Below are positions 1-8,157 of a stretch of 41,692 nucleotides of DNA, in pieces (the first letter of the stretch is position 1; every line of letters begins with the position of its first letter). The notes beneath the pieces were generated by a model that searched no databases, was not told the DNA's origin, and saw only the letters and a program-made list of their open reading frames with translations. This stretch comes from an uncultured Gammaproteobacteria bacterium (GTDB lineage Bacteria; Patescibacteriota; Microgenomatia; UBA12405). The DNA is taken from NCBI GenBank assembly GCA_964609295.1, contig CAZSQT010000005.1:1-41692 (forward strand). Direction: 5' to 3'. The translations under genes were made by a program, and so were the position numbers.

Positions 1-104
1 ATCAGTCCCTTCATTACCTTACTCCCATGTCCTATTTTCAATCATTACATGTTAAATTATTAAAAGGAGGAAGCGTTCACTAGGTATTGGACCAGGACAT
101 AATA

Positions 105-133
105 TTGACTTATTAAACATAATATGGTATAAT
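105..133 (+). promoter_or_regulatory. sigma70 promoter with extended -10
   Basis: TTGACT (105-110), 17 bp spacer, TGnTATAAT (125-133). ATG follows 8 nt later. Confidence 0.8.
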
Positions 134-141
134 ACCTCACT

Positions 142-1341
142 ATGAAAGAAATACAAAAAAAAATAACTGCCGTTTTACTTGCTGGTGTAATAAACACTTC
201 CGCTGGTTGTAATTTGTCACAAAAAGAACAAACAACCAATCCCCAGACAACTCAAATTACCAAAACTCTTGAATCCATCGATTCCCGTCTTGCCGCCATA
301 GAAGCAAGAGAAAAAGAATTAGCCGAAAAAGAACAAAAACAAGCCGAGCTTGAAGCTAACAAAAACTTCAACAAAGGCAAACCCGAACACGAACTTAATA
401 TCAAAAAAGGTACTATTACTAAAGTCTATAGTGCCGCTGGTCTAAGCATCGAAGGTACCGATATCAACACCGACACTGATACTATTGTTTTTATCATCGG
501 TGATGAATGTGAAGACACCAAAATAAAACTTCAAAATCTCCCCAAAGAAGGTACCAACTTAGCCTACTTTTTAGGTTATGATGTTTCAAATTTTGAAGAA
601 TTTAAAGAAAAATTTGCTGACGAAATCAATAAAGGAACTGGTATTGAAAAAATATTCGTTGTAGAAATGCTAGAACAACCCAAAGTAACCCACACAAACA
701 TTGCTCCAAAAGAAGTTGAAGAGGTTAAACAAGAAGAACCCGAAAAAGAAAAAGTTGTTGTTGAAAAAAAAGTTGAAGCTCCAAAAAAAGAAGTTAAAAC
801 TCCAAAATCTGAAGAAAAACAACCCGAACCCAAACAACCCGAGGCTCCAAAAAAACCAGAAGAAAAAAAACCAGAAGAAAAGAAACCTAAACAGCCCAAA
901 CAACCCGAGGCTCCAAAAGAAGAAGTTTTAGACTTTTATGAACCACTCAAGGGAACTCTTGACGAATTCGGTGCCACAGTTCACGAAACTACTCCCCTAT
1001 CTCTTAGTGGTCAAGTATATGATCGAGGTCTTGATGAAGGTGATATCGTTGTCTTAAATGCTTATGCTATTCATGACAATGGTTCTGTTTATGAAAAAAA
1101 TGTTCTCTGCTACTACAAAGCTCCAAAAGGTGGTGGTCGTGTTCGCTTTACTGGTTATGATGGTATGGTTTTCTTAATCAAAAAAGGAGATAACACCTTA
1201 AATCAGTCTGTTGCCGCTATGAGAGAAACTCTCATTCGTGCTCATGGTGCTAATCTAGAAGAAATTAAATTTGAACAATTAGTCCGTTATGGAGATAAAG
1301 TAAACAATAGAATCTCCTTCATTGACCCACTAGCCATCTAA
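142..1341 (+). CDS. putative lipoprotein with Pro/Lys/Glu-rich linker, unknown function
   Basis: 399-aa ORF. Basic N-terminus, hydrophobic stretch and lipobox-like SAG-C, then a coiled coil and a PEK-rich linker (24-bp duplication at 829-852/895-918). Confidence 0.75.
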   Translation: MKEIQKKITAVLLAGVINTSAGCNLSQKEQTTNPQTTQITKTLESIDSRLAAIEAREKELAEKEQKQAELEANKNFNKGKPEHELNIKKGTITKVYSAAGLSIEGTDINTDTDTIVFIIGDECEDTKIKLQNLPKEGTNLAYFLGYDVSNFEEFKEKFADEINKGTGIEKIFVVEMLEQPKVTHTNIAPKEVEEVKQEEPEKEKVVVEKKVEAPKKEVKTPKSEEKQPEPKQPEAPKKPEEKKPEEKKPKQPKQPEAPKEEVLDFYEPLKGTLDEFGATVHETTPLSLSGQVYDRGLDEGDIVVLNAYAIHDNGSVYEKNVLCYYKAPKGGGRVRFTGYDGMVFLIKKGDNTLNQSVAAMRETLIRAHGANLEEIKFEQLVRYGDKVNNRISFIDPLAI

Positions 1342-1361
1342 GATTTTTCCACCCTATAATC

Positions 1362-1390
1362 TTGCTTTTTTCCACTTATTGTGATATAAT
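1362..1390 (+). promoter_or_regulatory. sigma70 promoter with extended -10
   Basis: TTGCTT (1362-1367), 17 bp, TGnTATAAT (1382-1390). A hairpin follows at 1395-1426. Confidence 0.7.
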
Positions 1391-1436
1391 CACGCACCTA
1401 GAGAATATAGCTTTCTCAATTAGGTGAACGTTAACA

Positions 1437-2482
1437 TGCAGTTAGTTTAGTATAGAAACCAATCTTTTTTTGGAAAAATTTAATTTATAGGGAGAAAGAA
1501 AGGTGAAAACCAAAACCCTCAAATTTTTTCAAAAAAGTTAAATATAGTCGTGTTTTTTTTCATATAAGATAGGTCAAAGACCTATCAAGAAAGGAATTAA
1601 AATGAAAAAAATTGTTTCATTTTTAATCATTGTTAGTTTGTTTTTTATTGTTGTCACCCCCTCTGGTATTGCATCGTATCCAACCAAAGACTTCTATTAT
1701 ACTCAATGGAATGCGATCACAGAAACAGAAACCACCGGGATTTTCTGCCATGGAATAGAGTTGCCACCGCAAAGCAGACCATCCATTCCCTCAGGAACAG
1801 AAACCACCTTGTATGTAGACGAGTGGTTGGCCGAAGGAACATCAATAGTGTTGTCAACCTATTTCTACAACGGAAGTAAGTCTGGATTCTTGGGAGTCTT
1901 CCAAGGCCCTCAACAAATCCGATTCAACTACAAAAACGGAGAGCGATTTTACACAAAATCAAAATATGCTCTTCGTTTTTTCCGATTTCGTTTCTGGTTT
2001 GGAATTGAGAACAGTTACTACCAAGTAAAGTTCCAAGTTCCGTCTAAGTGGTACTGGTCTGAGCAACAAGAAAAGCAGGGAATATATAACCCCCCTGCCG
2101 AAGAAAAGGATGAGGAATCCAAAATCGGTACATTAGCAAATGCCTTCAAGAACAATCCAAATTTTCATGATTTAAGGTCAGACTCCAGAATATACAGTAT
2201 TCGATCATATCCACAATCCAATCGAAGAGTCAGCATCTTTGTGTCATACTCAGACCAACGACAGGGAGGAATTCCATATCTAACCGTACAAGTTGGATCT
2301 TCCAACTACAATATCCCCTGCGTTTGGGAATCCCGCCAATCATGGCTTTTAATAATCGACATGGATTCAGAGGGGATATATAAGCAAGCCATAAATGAGG
2401 CTTGGAAGGATTTGAAAAGCAAATACGGACTCAATTTCGGGTACAGCATAGGCGTTTCCTATACCCCCCCAAACTAACTGCA
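1437..2482. repeat. inverted repeat pair bounding the 1602-2477 gene
   Basis: TGCAGTTAGTTT (1437-1448) is the exact reverse complement of AAACTAACTGCA (2471-2482). Similarity resumes inward as GTATAG(G)AAAC after a gap. Confidence 0.6.
1602..2477 (+). CDS. secreted hypothetical protein, atypical base composition
   Basis: 291-aa ORF with Sec-type signal peptide (MKKIVSFLIIVSLFFIVV) and SD-like AAGGA. Lacks the C-rich skew of neighbouring + strand genes. Confidence 0.8.
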   Translation: MKKIVSFLIIVSLFFIVVTPSGIASYPTKDFYYTQWNAITETETTGIFCHGIELPPQSRPSIPSGTETTLYVDEWLAEGTSIVLSTYFYNGSKSGFLGVFQGPQQIRFNYKNGERFYTKSKYALRFFRFRFWFGIENSYYQVKFQVPSKWYWSEQQEKQGIYNPPAEEKDEESKIGTLANAFKNNPNFHDLRSDSRIYSIRSYPQSNRRVSIFVSYSDQRQGGIPYLTVQVGSSNYNIPCVWESRQSWLLIIDMDSEGIYKQAINEAWKDLKSKYGLNFGYSIGVSYTPPN

Positions 2483-2486
2483 AAAA

Positions 2487-2562
2487 TAGCAGGAAGCCTT
2501 TAATTAATATTTAAGATTTTTTCTTTTATATTTTTTTCAGGCTTCCTGCTACTCGTTTTTTT
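2487..2562 (+). terminator. long-stem hairpin, possible intrinsic terminator
   Basis: Perfect 13-bp inverted repeat TAGCAGGAAGCCT (2487-2499)/AGGCTTCCTGCTA (2539-2551), 39-nt AT loop, T7 at 2556-2562. Confidence 0.5.
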
Positions 2563-2619
2563 ATCGGTGAAACCGATACTGATGAGTTCATATCAAATTA
2601 TGATTAGAACGAAAAAAAC
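2555..2619 (+). ncRNA. candidate type III hammerhead ribozyme
   Basis: Stem III GTTTTT (2555-60)/AAAAAC (2614-19). Unpaired T2561. Stem I TATCGG/CCGATA (2562-78). Core CTGATGA (2579-85). Stem II GTTC..GAAC (2586-2610). Core GAAA (2611-14). Confidence 0.65.
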
Positions 2620-3478
2620 AAAAAAATTAGTTACTGTCTATATGCCCGTCTTTAATGCGTCCAAGTTTCTTCATCAATCCATCGAAAGTATCTTAAACCA
2701 AACTTATTCCAATTTTGAATTCATCATCGTCGACGACGCTTCCACCGACAATTCTTGGAAAATCATCCGCTCCTATGCCAAAAAAGATAAACGCATTATC
2801 GCGATAAAAAATAATATTAATTTAGGCGTTTCTTTAACCTCAAATATCGCTATTTCCAAAGCCAAAGGAGAATTTCTCGCCCGCATGGATGCCGACGATA
2901 TTTCCTTTTCTGATCGTCTCGAAAAACAATTAAATTATTTTAAAAAACACTCAAATACTGTCGCTATCGGTGGCCAATGTGTCGTTATCGATGAAAATAA
3001 TCACCTAATCGGTAATAAAAATTTCCCCACCGAAGCCAATAAATTAAAAGAAATGATTTTTTGGGCTATCCCCATGCAGCAACCATCAACCATGATTAAT
3101 CTAAAAAAATTACCCAAAAACTTTACTTGGTATTCTCCAAGTGTTACTTCTGCCGAAGAAATAAATCTTATGTTTCGTCTTATGCTCCATGGTAATATCG
3201 CCAATCTTTCTCAAAACATACTTTTTTATCGTCACTTAAATAATAGTCTTTCTCACAAAAATCCCAAAGAAACTTTTAAATTAACTTTAAAAAGTCGCTA
3301 CGACGCTCTTTCTTTAGGCTTTAAACCAAGTATCAAAGCTATTTTTATAAATATTCTTCAAATCATCGCCGTCCTGACAATTCCCTCTCATCTCATAAAC
3401 GAAATTTGGTGTCAACTAAGAGGTATTAAGACTAACAATAATCTATCTGTTAGAACTTATGCCCAAAGCCAAGTATAA
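2600..3478 (+). CDS. glycosyltransferase family 2
   Basis: VTVYMPVFN, IIVDDASTD and RMDADD (DxD) motifs. ATG 2600 preferred over GTG 2567 because the GT-A fold begins about 10 aa later. Confidence 0.9.
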   Translation: MIRTKKTKKLVTVYMPVFNASKFLHQSIESILNQTYSNFEFIIVDDASTDNSWKIIRSYAKKDKRIIAIKNNINLGVSLTSNIAISKAKGEFLARMDADDISFSDRLEKQLNYFKKHSNTVAIGGQCVVIDENNHLIGNKNFPTEANKLKEMIFWAIPMQQPSTMINLKKLPKNFTWYSPSVTSAEEINLMFRLMLHGNIANLSQNILFYRHLNNSLSHKNPKETFKLTLKSRYDALSLGFKPSIKAIFINILQIIAVLTIPSHLINEIWCQLRGIKTNNNLSVRTYAQSQV

Positions 3479-3489
3479 TCTATTTATAA

Positions 3490-6201
3490 ATGCTAATGTC
3501 AAAAATAAAAAAACACTTTGACAAAATTTTACTCGCCCTCATTGTTCTCTTTCTTTGTCTTCGTAATTATAGTCTCGGCACCTATCTTATCGGCTGGGAC
3601 AATCTCATGCCCGAATTAAATATATTTTTAAATATCAAAAGATCACTATTGTCTGTCTGGCAATATTATCAAGGACTGGGCCTTGTCGGTGGCATGGCTC
3701 ATAGCACCGATCTTATTCGTCAGCTAATTATTCTCCCTTTCACTCTAATCCTTCCCACTAGCCTAATTAGATATCTCTATCACTTCGCCACCCTCCTTGT
3801 CGGCACCTTTGGTATCTATTTTGGTCTAAAAAAATATTTCAAAAATAGTCGCCCAATTTATTTTATCTCTTCTCTTTTTTATCTACTTAATTTTGGCACT
3901 ATCCAAAATTATTGGCCACCATTTGAACCATTTTCCACCTTTTTTGCTTTTTTCCCTTGGCTAATTTTTTCCCTCTTAAACTACCTAGATAAACCAGATA
4001 AATCAAAATTAAAAAAACTAATTATTATAAATATTCTCGCCATTCCCAGTTTTTATGTTCAAACCATCTTTTTAGTTTATCTTTTTACTCTCGCCTCAAT
4101 TCTCATCCCCTACCTTATTTTTCATCAACAACAATTCAAAATCAAAATCAAAAAAACTTTTTTTATTGGTATCTTAATCTTTTGCCTCAATGCTTTTTGG
4201 CTCCTACCTTTTGTCTACTTTCTCAAAAACGATGTCGCCAATACCCAACTTGGCATCGGTAACCTTATTGCCTCAGAAGAAACCGTTCATCGCAATGAAT
4301 ACCGTGGCACCATCTCTGATTTTCTAATTTTAAGAGGTTATTATTATGATTTTCCTTTTGCCGGTGGACTCCTAATGTCTTCTTGGTCAAACTATTTCTC
4401 TTCACCCATTATCCTAATTATTATCTATTCTCTAAGCTCTATTGTCATCCTTGGATTGACCAAAATAATTTTTAAAAAAACAAAAAATTACAAAATTATT
4501 GCCCTTATTTCACTGTTTTTTATCTCTTGTATTGCTCTTCTTTCTGCTACCCCACCATTTAATTTCATCAACGATCTAATTCGCCAAATACCTATTTTAA
4601 ATCAAGTTTTTCGCTCTCCTTTTACTAAATTTATTGTTCCTGCTAGTTTTTGTTTTACTCTTCTTTTTGCTTTCGGTCTCCAATTTGTCGCCAAATTAAA
4701 TCTAAAAATTAAAAAAATTATCTACGGCTTAATTATAATTTTAATTTTCATTTCAGCTTATCCTGCTTTTAAAGGTAATTATATTTACCCTTCAATGCGT
4801 CAACAAATACCCCAATCTTATTTTCAACTCATAAACTTTTTTAAGGACAAACCAAAAAATTCTCGCATCGCCAATTTACCTTCTGGTAGTTATTGGGGTT
4901 GGACTAATTATCGCCATGGCATTACTGGCTCTGGTTTTATTTGGTATGGCATAGAGCAACCAATTCTTGATAGAGCTTTCGATGTTTGGAGTTTAAAAAA
5001 TGAACAATATTATTGGGAACTAAACTACGCTATCCAAAAGCAAGACCAAAATCTTTTAAATCAAATCATTGAAAAATATTTTATTTCCTACCTTATTTTT
5101 GATAACGATGTTATTTTTCCCGATGAAGCAATTTATGGCAGAAATGCTATTCGTACCAGAGAAATACTAAAAGAAATGCCTAATTTAAAACTAGAAGCCC
5201 AATTTGATAATCTATATATCTATAAAACAAATTTTGATACCTCTCCTAAAATAATTAACAATCCTCAAAATATCAAACAAAATAACTTTTTTTATCAAGA
5301 TATTGCTTTCACTAATCATCATCATTACATTTCTACCAAGCAAGCTCAAATAACTTATCCTTTTGCTAATTTATTTACCAATAGACTCCAAAATGAAATA
5401 CCTTTTGAAATAAAAATTGAAAACAACACTCTCTTTATAGACGATACCCCTTTTCCTATTTATCAAACTTATTCTTTTTCTAACCCAACTCAAACAGATC
5501 TTAATCTAGAAATTGATAATCCGAAAAATTCTCAAGAAATAATCAGTGAAAATCAAAATTTTATTCGTCTTAAATCATCCTCGACCAATAATTTGCTTGG
5601 TAAATATTTCCCAGATATTTCATACGACAATTCCTATCTTATCAAAATCACTTATAGACATATAGACAATTACCCTCTTATCATAAGTGCTTTTGGTGAA
5701 CAATCAAAACAAACATTTTTCACCACCAAATTAGAAAAAAATAAAGATTGGCAAACTGCTTGGTTTGTAATCCCTAAACACAAAAATAATGCTTTTGAAA
5801 AAAGTTTAACCATTCTTTTTAACAATACTACTTTTAACAAAAAAACTACCATAAATGACATTAAAGATATAGAAATATATCAAATCCCCTACCAAGATAT
5901 TATTAACACCAAAATTATTTCTAATTCACAATATCAAAACACATCATATTTAGTCTACCCCCAATCCTACCACCCCGGTTGGCTCGCCTTCTATCTCGAT
6001 GGCTACAAACCAGTATTTCTCAAAGATCATGTCCTTGTCAACAATTGGGCCAACGGTTGGCAATTACCAATTACTAATTACCAGTTACAAAACAAAATAT
6101 ATTATTTTTTCTGGCCTCAACTCCTCCAATACCTCGGCTTTATACTAGGATTATATGTTTTGTTTCAATCTATCAATAAACCACATTCTAAGCATAGTTG
6201 A
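3490..6201 (+). CDS. large polytopic membrane protein, GT-C/AftD(DUF3367)-YfhO-like glycosyltransferase
   Basis: 903 aa. Many TM segments in the N-terminal half, a soluble domain, C-terminal QSYHPGW and HVLVNNWANGW motifs plus a last TM. Adjacent to GT2. Confidence 0.7.
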   Translation: MLMSKIKKHFDKILLALIVLFLCLRNYSLGTYLIGWDNLMPELNIFLNIKRSLLSVWQYYQGLGLVGGMAHSTDLIRQLIILPFTLILPTSLIRYLYHFATLLVGTFGIYFGLKKYFKNSRPIYFISSLFYLLNFGTIQNYWPPFEPFSTFFAFFPWLIFSLLNYLDKPDKSKLKKLIIINILAIPSFYVQTIFLVYLFTLASILIPYLIFHQQQFKIKIKKTFFIGILIFCLNAFWLLPFVYFLKNDVANTQLGIGNLIASEETVHRNEYRGTISDFLILRGYYYDFPFAGGLLMSSWSNYFSSPIILIIIYSLSSIVILGLTKIIFKKTKNYKIIALISLFFISCIALLSATPPFNFINDLIRQIPILNQVFRSPFTKFIVPASFCFTLLFAFGLQFVAKLNLKIKKIIYGLIIILIFISAYPAFKGNYIYPSMRQQIPQSYFQLINFFKDKPKNSRIANLPSGSYWGWTNYRHGITGSGFIWYGIEQPILDRAFDVWSLKNEQYYWELNYAIQKQDQNLLNQIIEKYFISYLIFDNDVIFPDEAIYGRNAIRTREILKEMPNLKLEAQFDNLYIYKTNFDTSPKIINNPQNIKQNNFFYQDIAFTNHHHYISTKQAQITYPFANLFTNRLQNEIPFEIKIENNTLFIDDTPFPIYQTYSFSNPTQTDLNLEIDNPKNSQEIISENQNFIRLKSSSTNNLLGKYFPDISYDNSYLIKITYRHIDNYPLIISAFGEQSKQTFFTTKLEKNKDWQTAWFVIPKHKNNAFEKSLTILFNNTTFNKKTTINDIKDIEIYQIPYQDIINTKIISNSQYQNTSYLVYPQSYHPGWLAFYLDGYKPVFLKDHVLVNNWANGWQLPITNYQLQNKIYYFFWPQLLQYLGFILGLYVLFQSINKPHSKHS
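6061..6088 (+). repeat. 7-mer tandem repeat (YARTTAC x4) inside CDS
   Basis: CAATTAC CAATTAC TAATTAC CAGTTAC, encoding QLPITNYQL. Confidence 0.8.
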
Positions 6202-6420
6202 CAATGCTAAACCCTGACTATCGGCTACTTTTTCTAATCTATTTTTAATATCTGTTTGTACTCTAACTACTACCATTTCTTCTTTATTTGTCTTCTTTTT
6301 ATAAACCATTTTTGTTTTTTTCATTTCCGGCAAAAAATCAGAAATATCATTTTTATCCCAAAAATTTGCTTCTTCTCTCATATTCTTAAATTCAGGAATT
6401 TTATTTAATTTTGTGTTCAT
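6151..6420 (-). CDS. BrnA/CopG-like antitoxin with C-terminal ribbon-helix-helix
   Basis: IPEFKNMREEANFWD motif and RHH-like C-terminus. Overlaps the toxin end. ATG 6420 preferred over 6447. Confidence 0.8.
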   Translation of the reverse strand: MNTKLNKIPEFKNMREEANFWDKNDISDFLPEMKKTKMVYKKKTNKEEMVVVRVQTDIKNRLEKVADSQGLALSTMLRMWFIDRLKQNI

Positions 6421-6673
6421 ATAATTTTCTCTCCTTTCGACTAGCATCTCTAGCCGTTACAACATAATAACTATTTTTATCAATTTGTGCCATAATTATG
6501 GCTAATATTCTTTTTTTATCAGTTTTTCCTAAAATTATTAATCTATTATTGTAACTTTCAAACACTTCAATCAAATTATCACAGGCTTCTTCAACTTCAT
6601 TAGACTTTACATTATGTTTTTTAATATGATTGATATTCCATTCATCCCAAATTAACTCATCAATCACTATCAT
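6401..6673 (-). CDS. BrnT-family toxin (type II TA)
   Basis: LIWDEWNINHIKKHNV N-terminus and VVTARDASRKERKLY C-terminus. Toxin-first gene order. Confidence 0.85.
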   Translation of the reverse strand: MIVIDELIWDEWNINHIKKHNVKSNEVEEACDNLIEVFESYNNRLIILGKTDKKRILAIIMAQIDKNSYYVVTARDASRKERKLYEHKIK

Positions 6674-6678
6674 AAATT

Positions 6679-6707
6679 ATTGTATAACAATGTAATACGT
6701 TTGTCAA
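6679..6707 (-). promoter_or_regulatory. BrnTA promoter with palindromic operator
   Basis: TTGACA (6707-6702), 17 bp, TACAAT (6684-6679). ATTGT-ATA-ACAAT palindrome at 6679-6691. ATG 5 nt after the -10. Confidence 0.75.
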
Positions 6708-6838
6708 TACCTCGGCTTTATTTTAATCCCCGTAGCACTTTATCTATCTTCTCGGCAATCCAAATAAATTTTTACCATAAATATTTATCATTAGTACTCA
6801 AATCCTTCCAAATACTCTTTTTCATTATTATCCTTTTA

Positions 6839-7573
6839 TCACCCTAAATTTTTAATTTCGTTATTCAAAAAAAACAAAACCTCACTCTTTAAATATTTTT
6901 TAACTTTCTTAAAATTTTCTACCGGCAAAAGAGTATTCAAATCCTGATCAATCAAAGTTTGGCTAACTTTACTATCGACAAAATCATGCAAATAAATAAA
7001 ATATTTTTTAATTTCCCACCCAGTTCTCTCTTCAATTACTTTTCCATTATATTTTAATTTACTAATAAAAAAATGATGAATATCATAAATATCCCGCCCA
7101 GCAATCGATTTCCGACGGTCATAACGATCTTTAACCGCCACTAGCTTATTGGCAAAAATAGTCTCTTTACTTTGACAATTAACCGTCCTCCCAATTTCAG
7201 GCAAAAAAACCGGCAAATAAATATTTGCTTTAACTAAAAAATCAAGAGCGTCAATTTTTAAAGTATTTCTTTCATTAGGTAAACTCTCATATTTCAAAAA
7301 AAATTCTAATGCTTCTTGACTCTCTTGTTTTAAAACAAAACCAAGTTCATCAAAAAGTTTGTGAAATTCTAACCTTATTTTATCCTTCTCCCCATCAACT
7401 TTAAAATCAAAATCAAGATCAACTGAAAATCTATCCAAAATACCCATCATTGCCGCACAAGTTCCACCTTTAAAATACAAATTAGATGACAAAAGAGGAT
7501 TATCTACAATTGCCGTTAACACTCTTAATAAATGAGCTTTGTGAATAGCATCAACTGGTCGTAAACTAATCAT
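6839..7573 (-). CDS. AbiEii-family nucleotidyltransferase toxin (type IV TA)
   Basis: FKGGT, RFSVDLDF, NKLVA and RDIYDI motifs. Confidence 0.9.
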   Translation of the reverse strand: MISLRPVDAIHKAHLLRVLTAIVDNPLLSSNLYFKGGTCAAMMGILDRFSVDLDFDFKVDGEKDKIRLEFHKLFDELGFVLKQESQEALEFFLKYESLPNERNTLKIDALDFLVKANIYLPVFLPEIGRTVNCQSKETIFANKLVAVKDRYDRRKSIAGRDIYDIHHFFISKLKYNGKVIEERTGWEIKKYFIYLHDFVDSKVSQTLIDQDLNTLLPVENFKKVKKYLKSEVLFFLNNEIKNLG

Positions 7574-8114
7574 AAATTTGTTTTTTGTAATTTTTAACTA
7601 AATTCCAATTGATTAAATCAACTCCATCAAAATGATATTGCGGTCGAAAATACAACATATCAACTACCGCCCTCTCAAGATTAGCCACCAAAAAACCTTG
7701 CTCATCTTCAGTAATTCCTAAAGTATTATGTAAAGACCTAACTTTTAATTGTCTGACTAAATAAATATTCTCTTCCAATACAAAATTATCAGAAAAAGAA
7801 GATACAAAAGTAATTTTATTAACCGGCTGATTAATCACTCCCTTCATGGACAAGACTGACTCAGTACTTAAATAAGCAAAACTATTAATTGCCCTAAAAC
7901 CAAGATTAATTGGATTAATCTGACCAAGAGGAACAACGCTATAAAAACCTTTTTGAACTCGGAAAAGAATCCCTTTTTTAACTAAACGATAAATTGTCTG
8001 ATAAAGAGTTTTCAAATTACTTATTTTCCAAAGCACTGCCAAATCTGCCGTATGAAATAACTTTTCTTTCTGTTTTAATAATATGGCTATTTTATCCATA
8101 TGTCTACTTATCAT
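7566..8114 (-). CDS. AbiEi-family antitoxin / transcriptional regulator
   Basis: N-terminal wHTH (RLVKKGILFRVQKGFY), AYLSTESVL and ERAVVDML motifs. Start may be 8099. Confidence 0.85.
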   Translation of the reverse strand: MISRHMDKIAILLKQKEKLFHTADLAVLWKISNLKTLYQTIYRLVKKGILFRVQKGFYSVVPLGQINPINLGFRAINSFAYLSTESVLSMKGVINQPVNKITFVSSFSDNFVLEENIYLVRQLKVRSLHNTLGITEDEQGFLVANLERAVVDMLYFRPQYHFDGVDLINWNLVKNYKKQIYD

Positions 8115-8128
8115 CTACTAATATGTAG

Positions 8129-8157
8129 AGGATAACACAACAATAATCTTCTGTCAA
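8129..8157 (-). promoter_or_regulatory. AbiE promoter
   Basis: TTGACA (8157-8152), 17 bp, TGnTATCCT. TCTAC-N6-GTAGA inverted repeat at 8114-8129. Confidence 0.6.

Larger units (their letters stand above)
6127..6721. mobile_element. BrnTA cassette bounded by 17-bp direct repeats
   Basis: CAATACCTCGGCTTTAT at 6127-6143 and 6705-6721. No recombinase gene in the window. Confidence 0.7.

Noticed and set aside
1-30. Possible minus-strand gene start (GGAG then ATG at 14)
   Set aside because: Only four codons lie inside the window, so it cannot be supported.
2471-2560. Integron attC site
   Set aside because: AACTAAC does not fit RYYYAAC, there is no GTTRRRY at the far end of the hairpin, and no intI is present.
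1395-2619. Obelisk/viroid-like or retrozyme element (about 1 kb ORF plus hammerhead)
   Set aside because: Self-complementarity does not extend beyond the terminal repeats, only one ribozyme copy is present, and the protein has a signal peptide.
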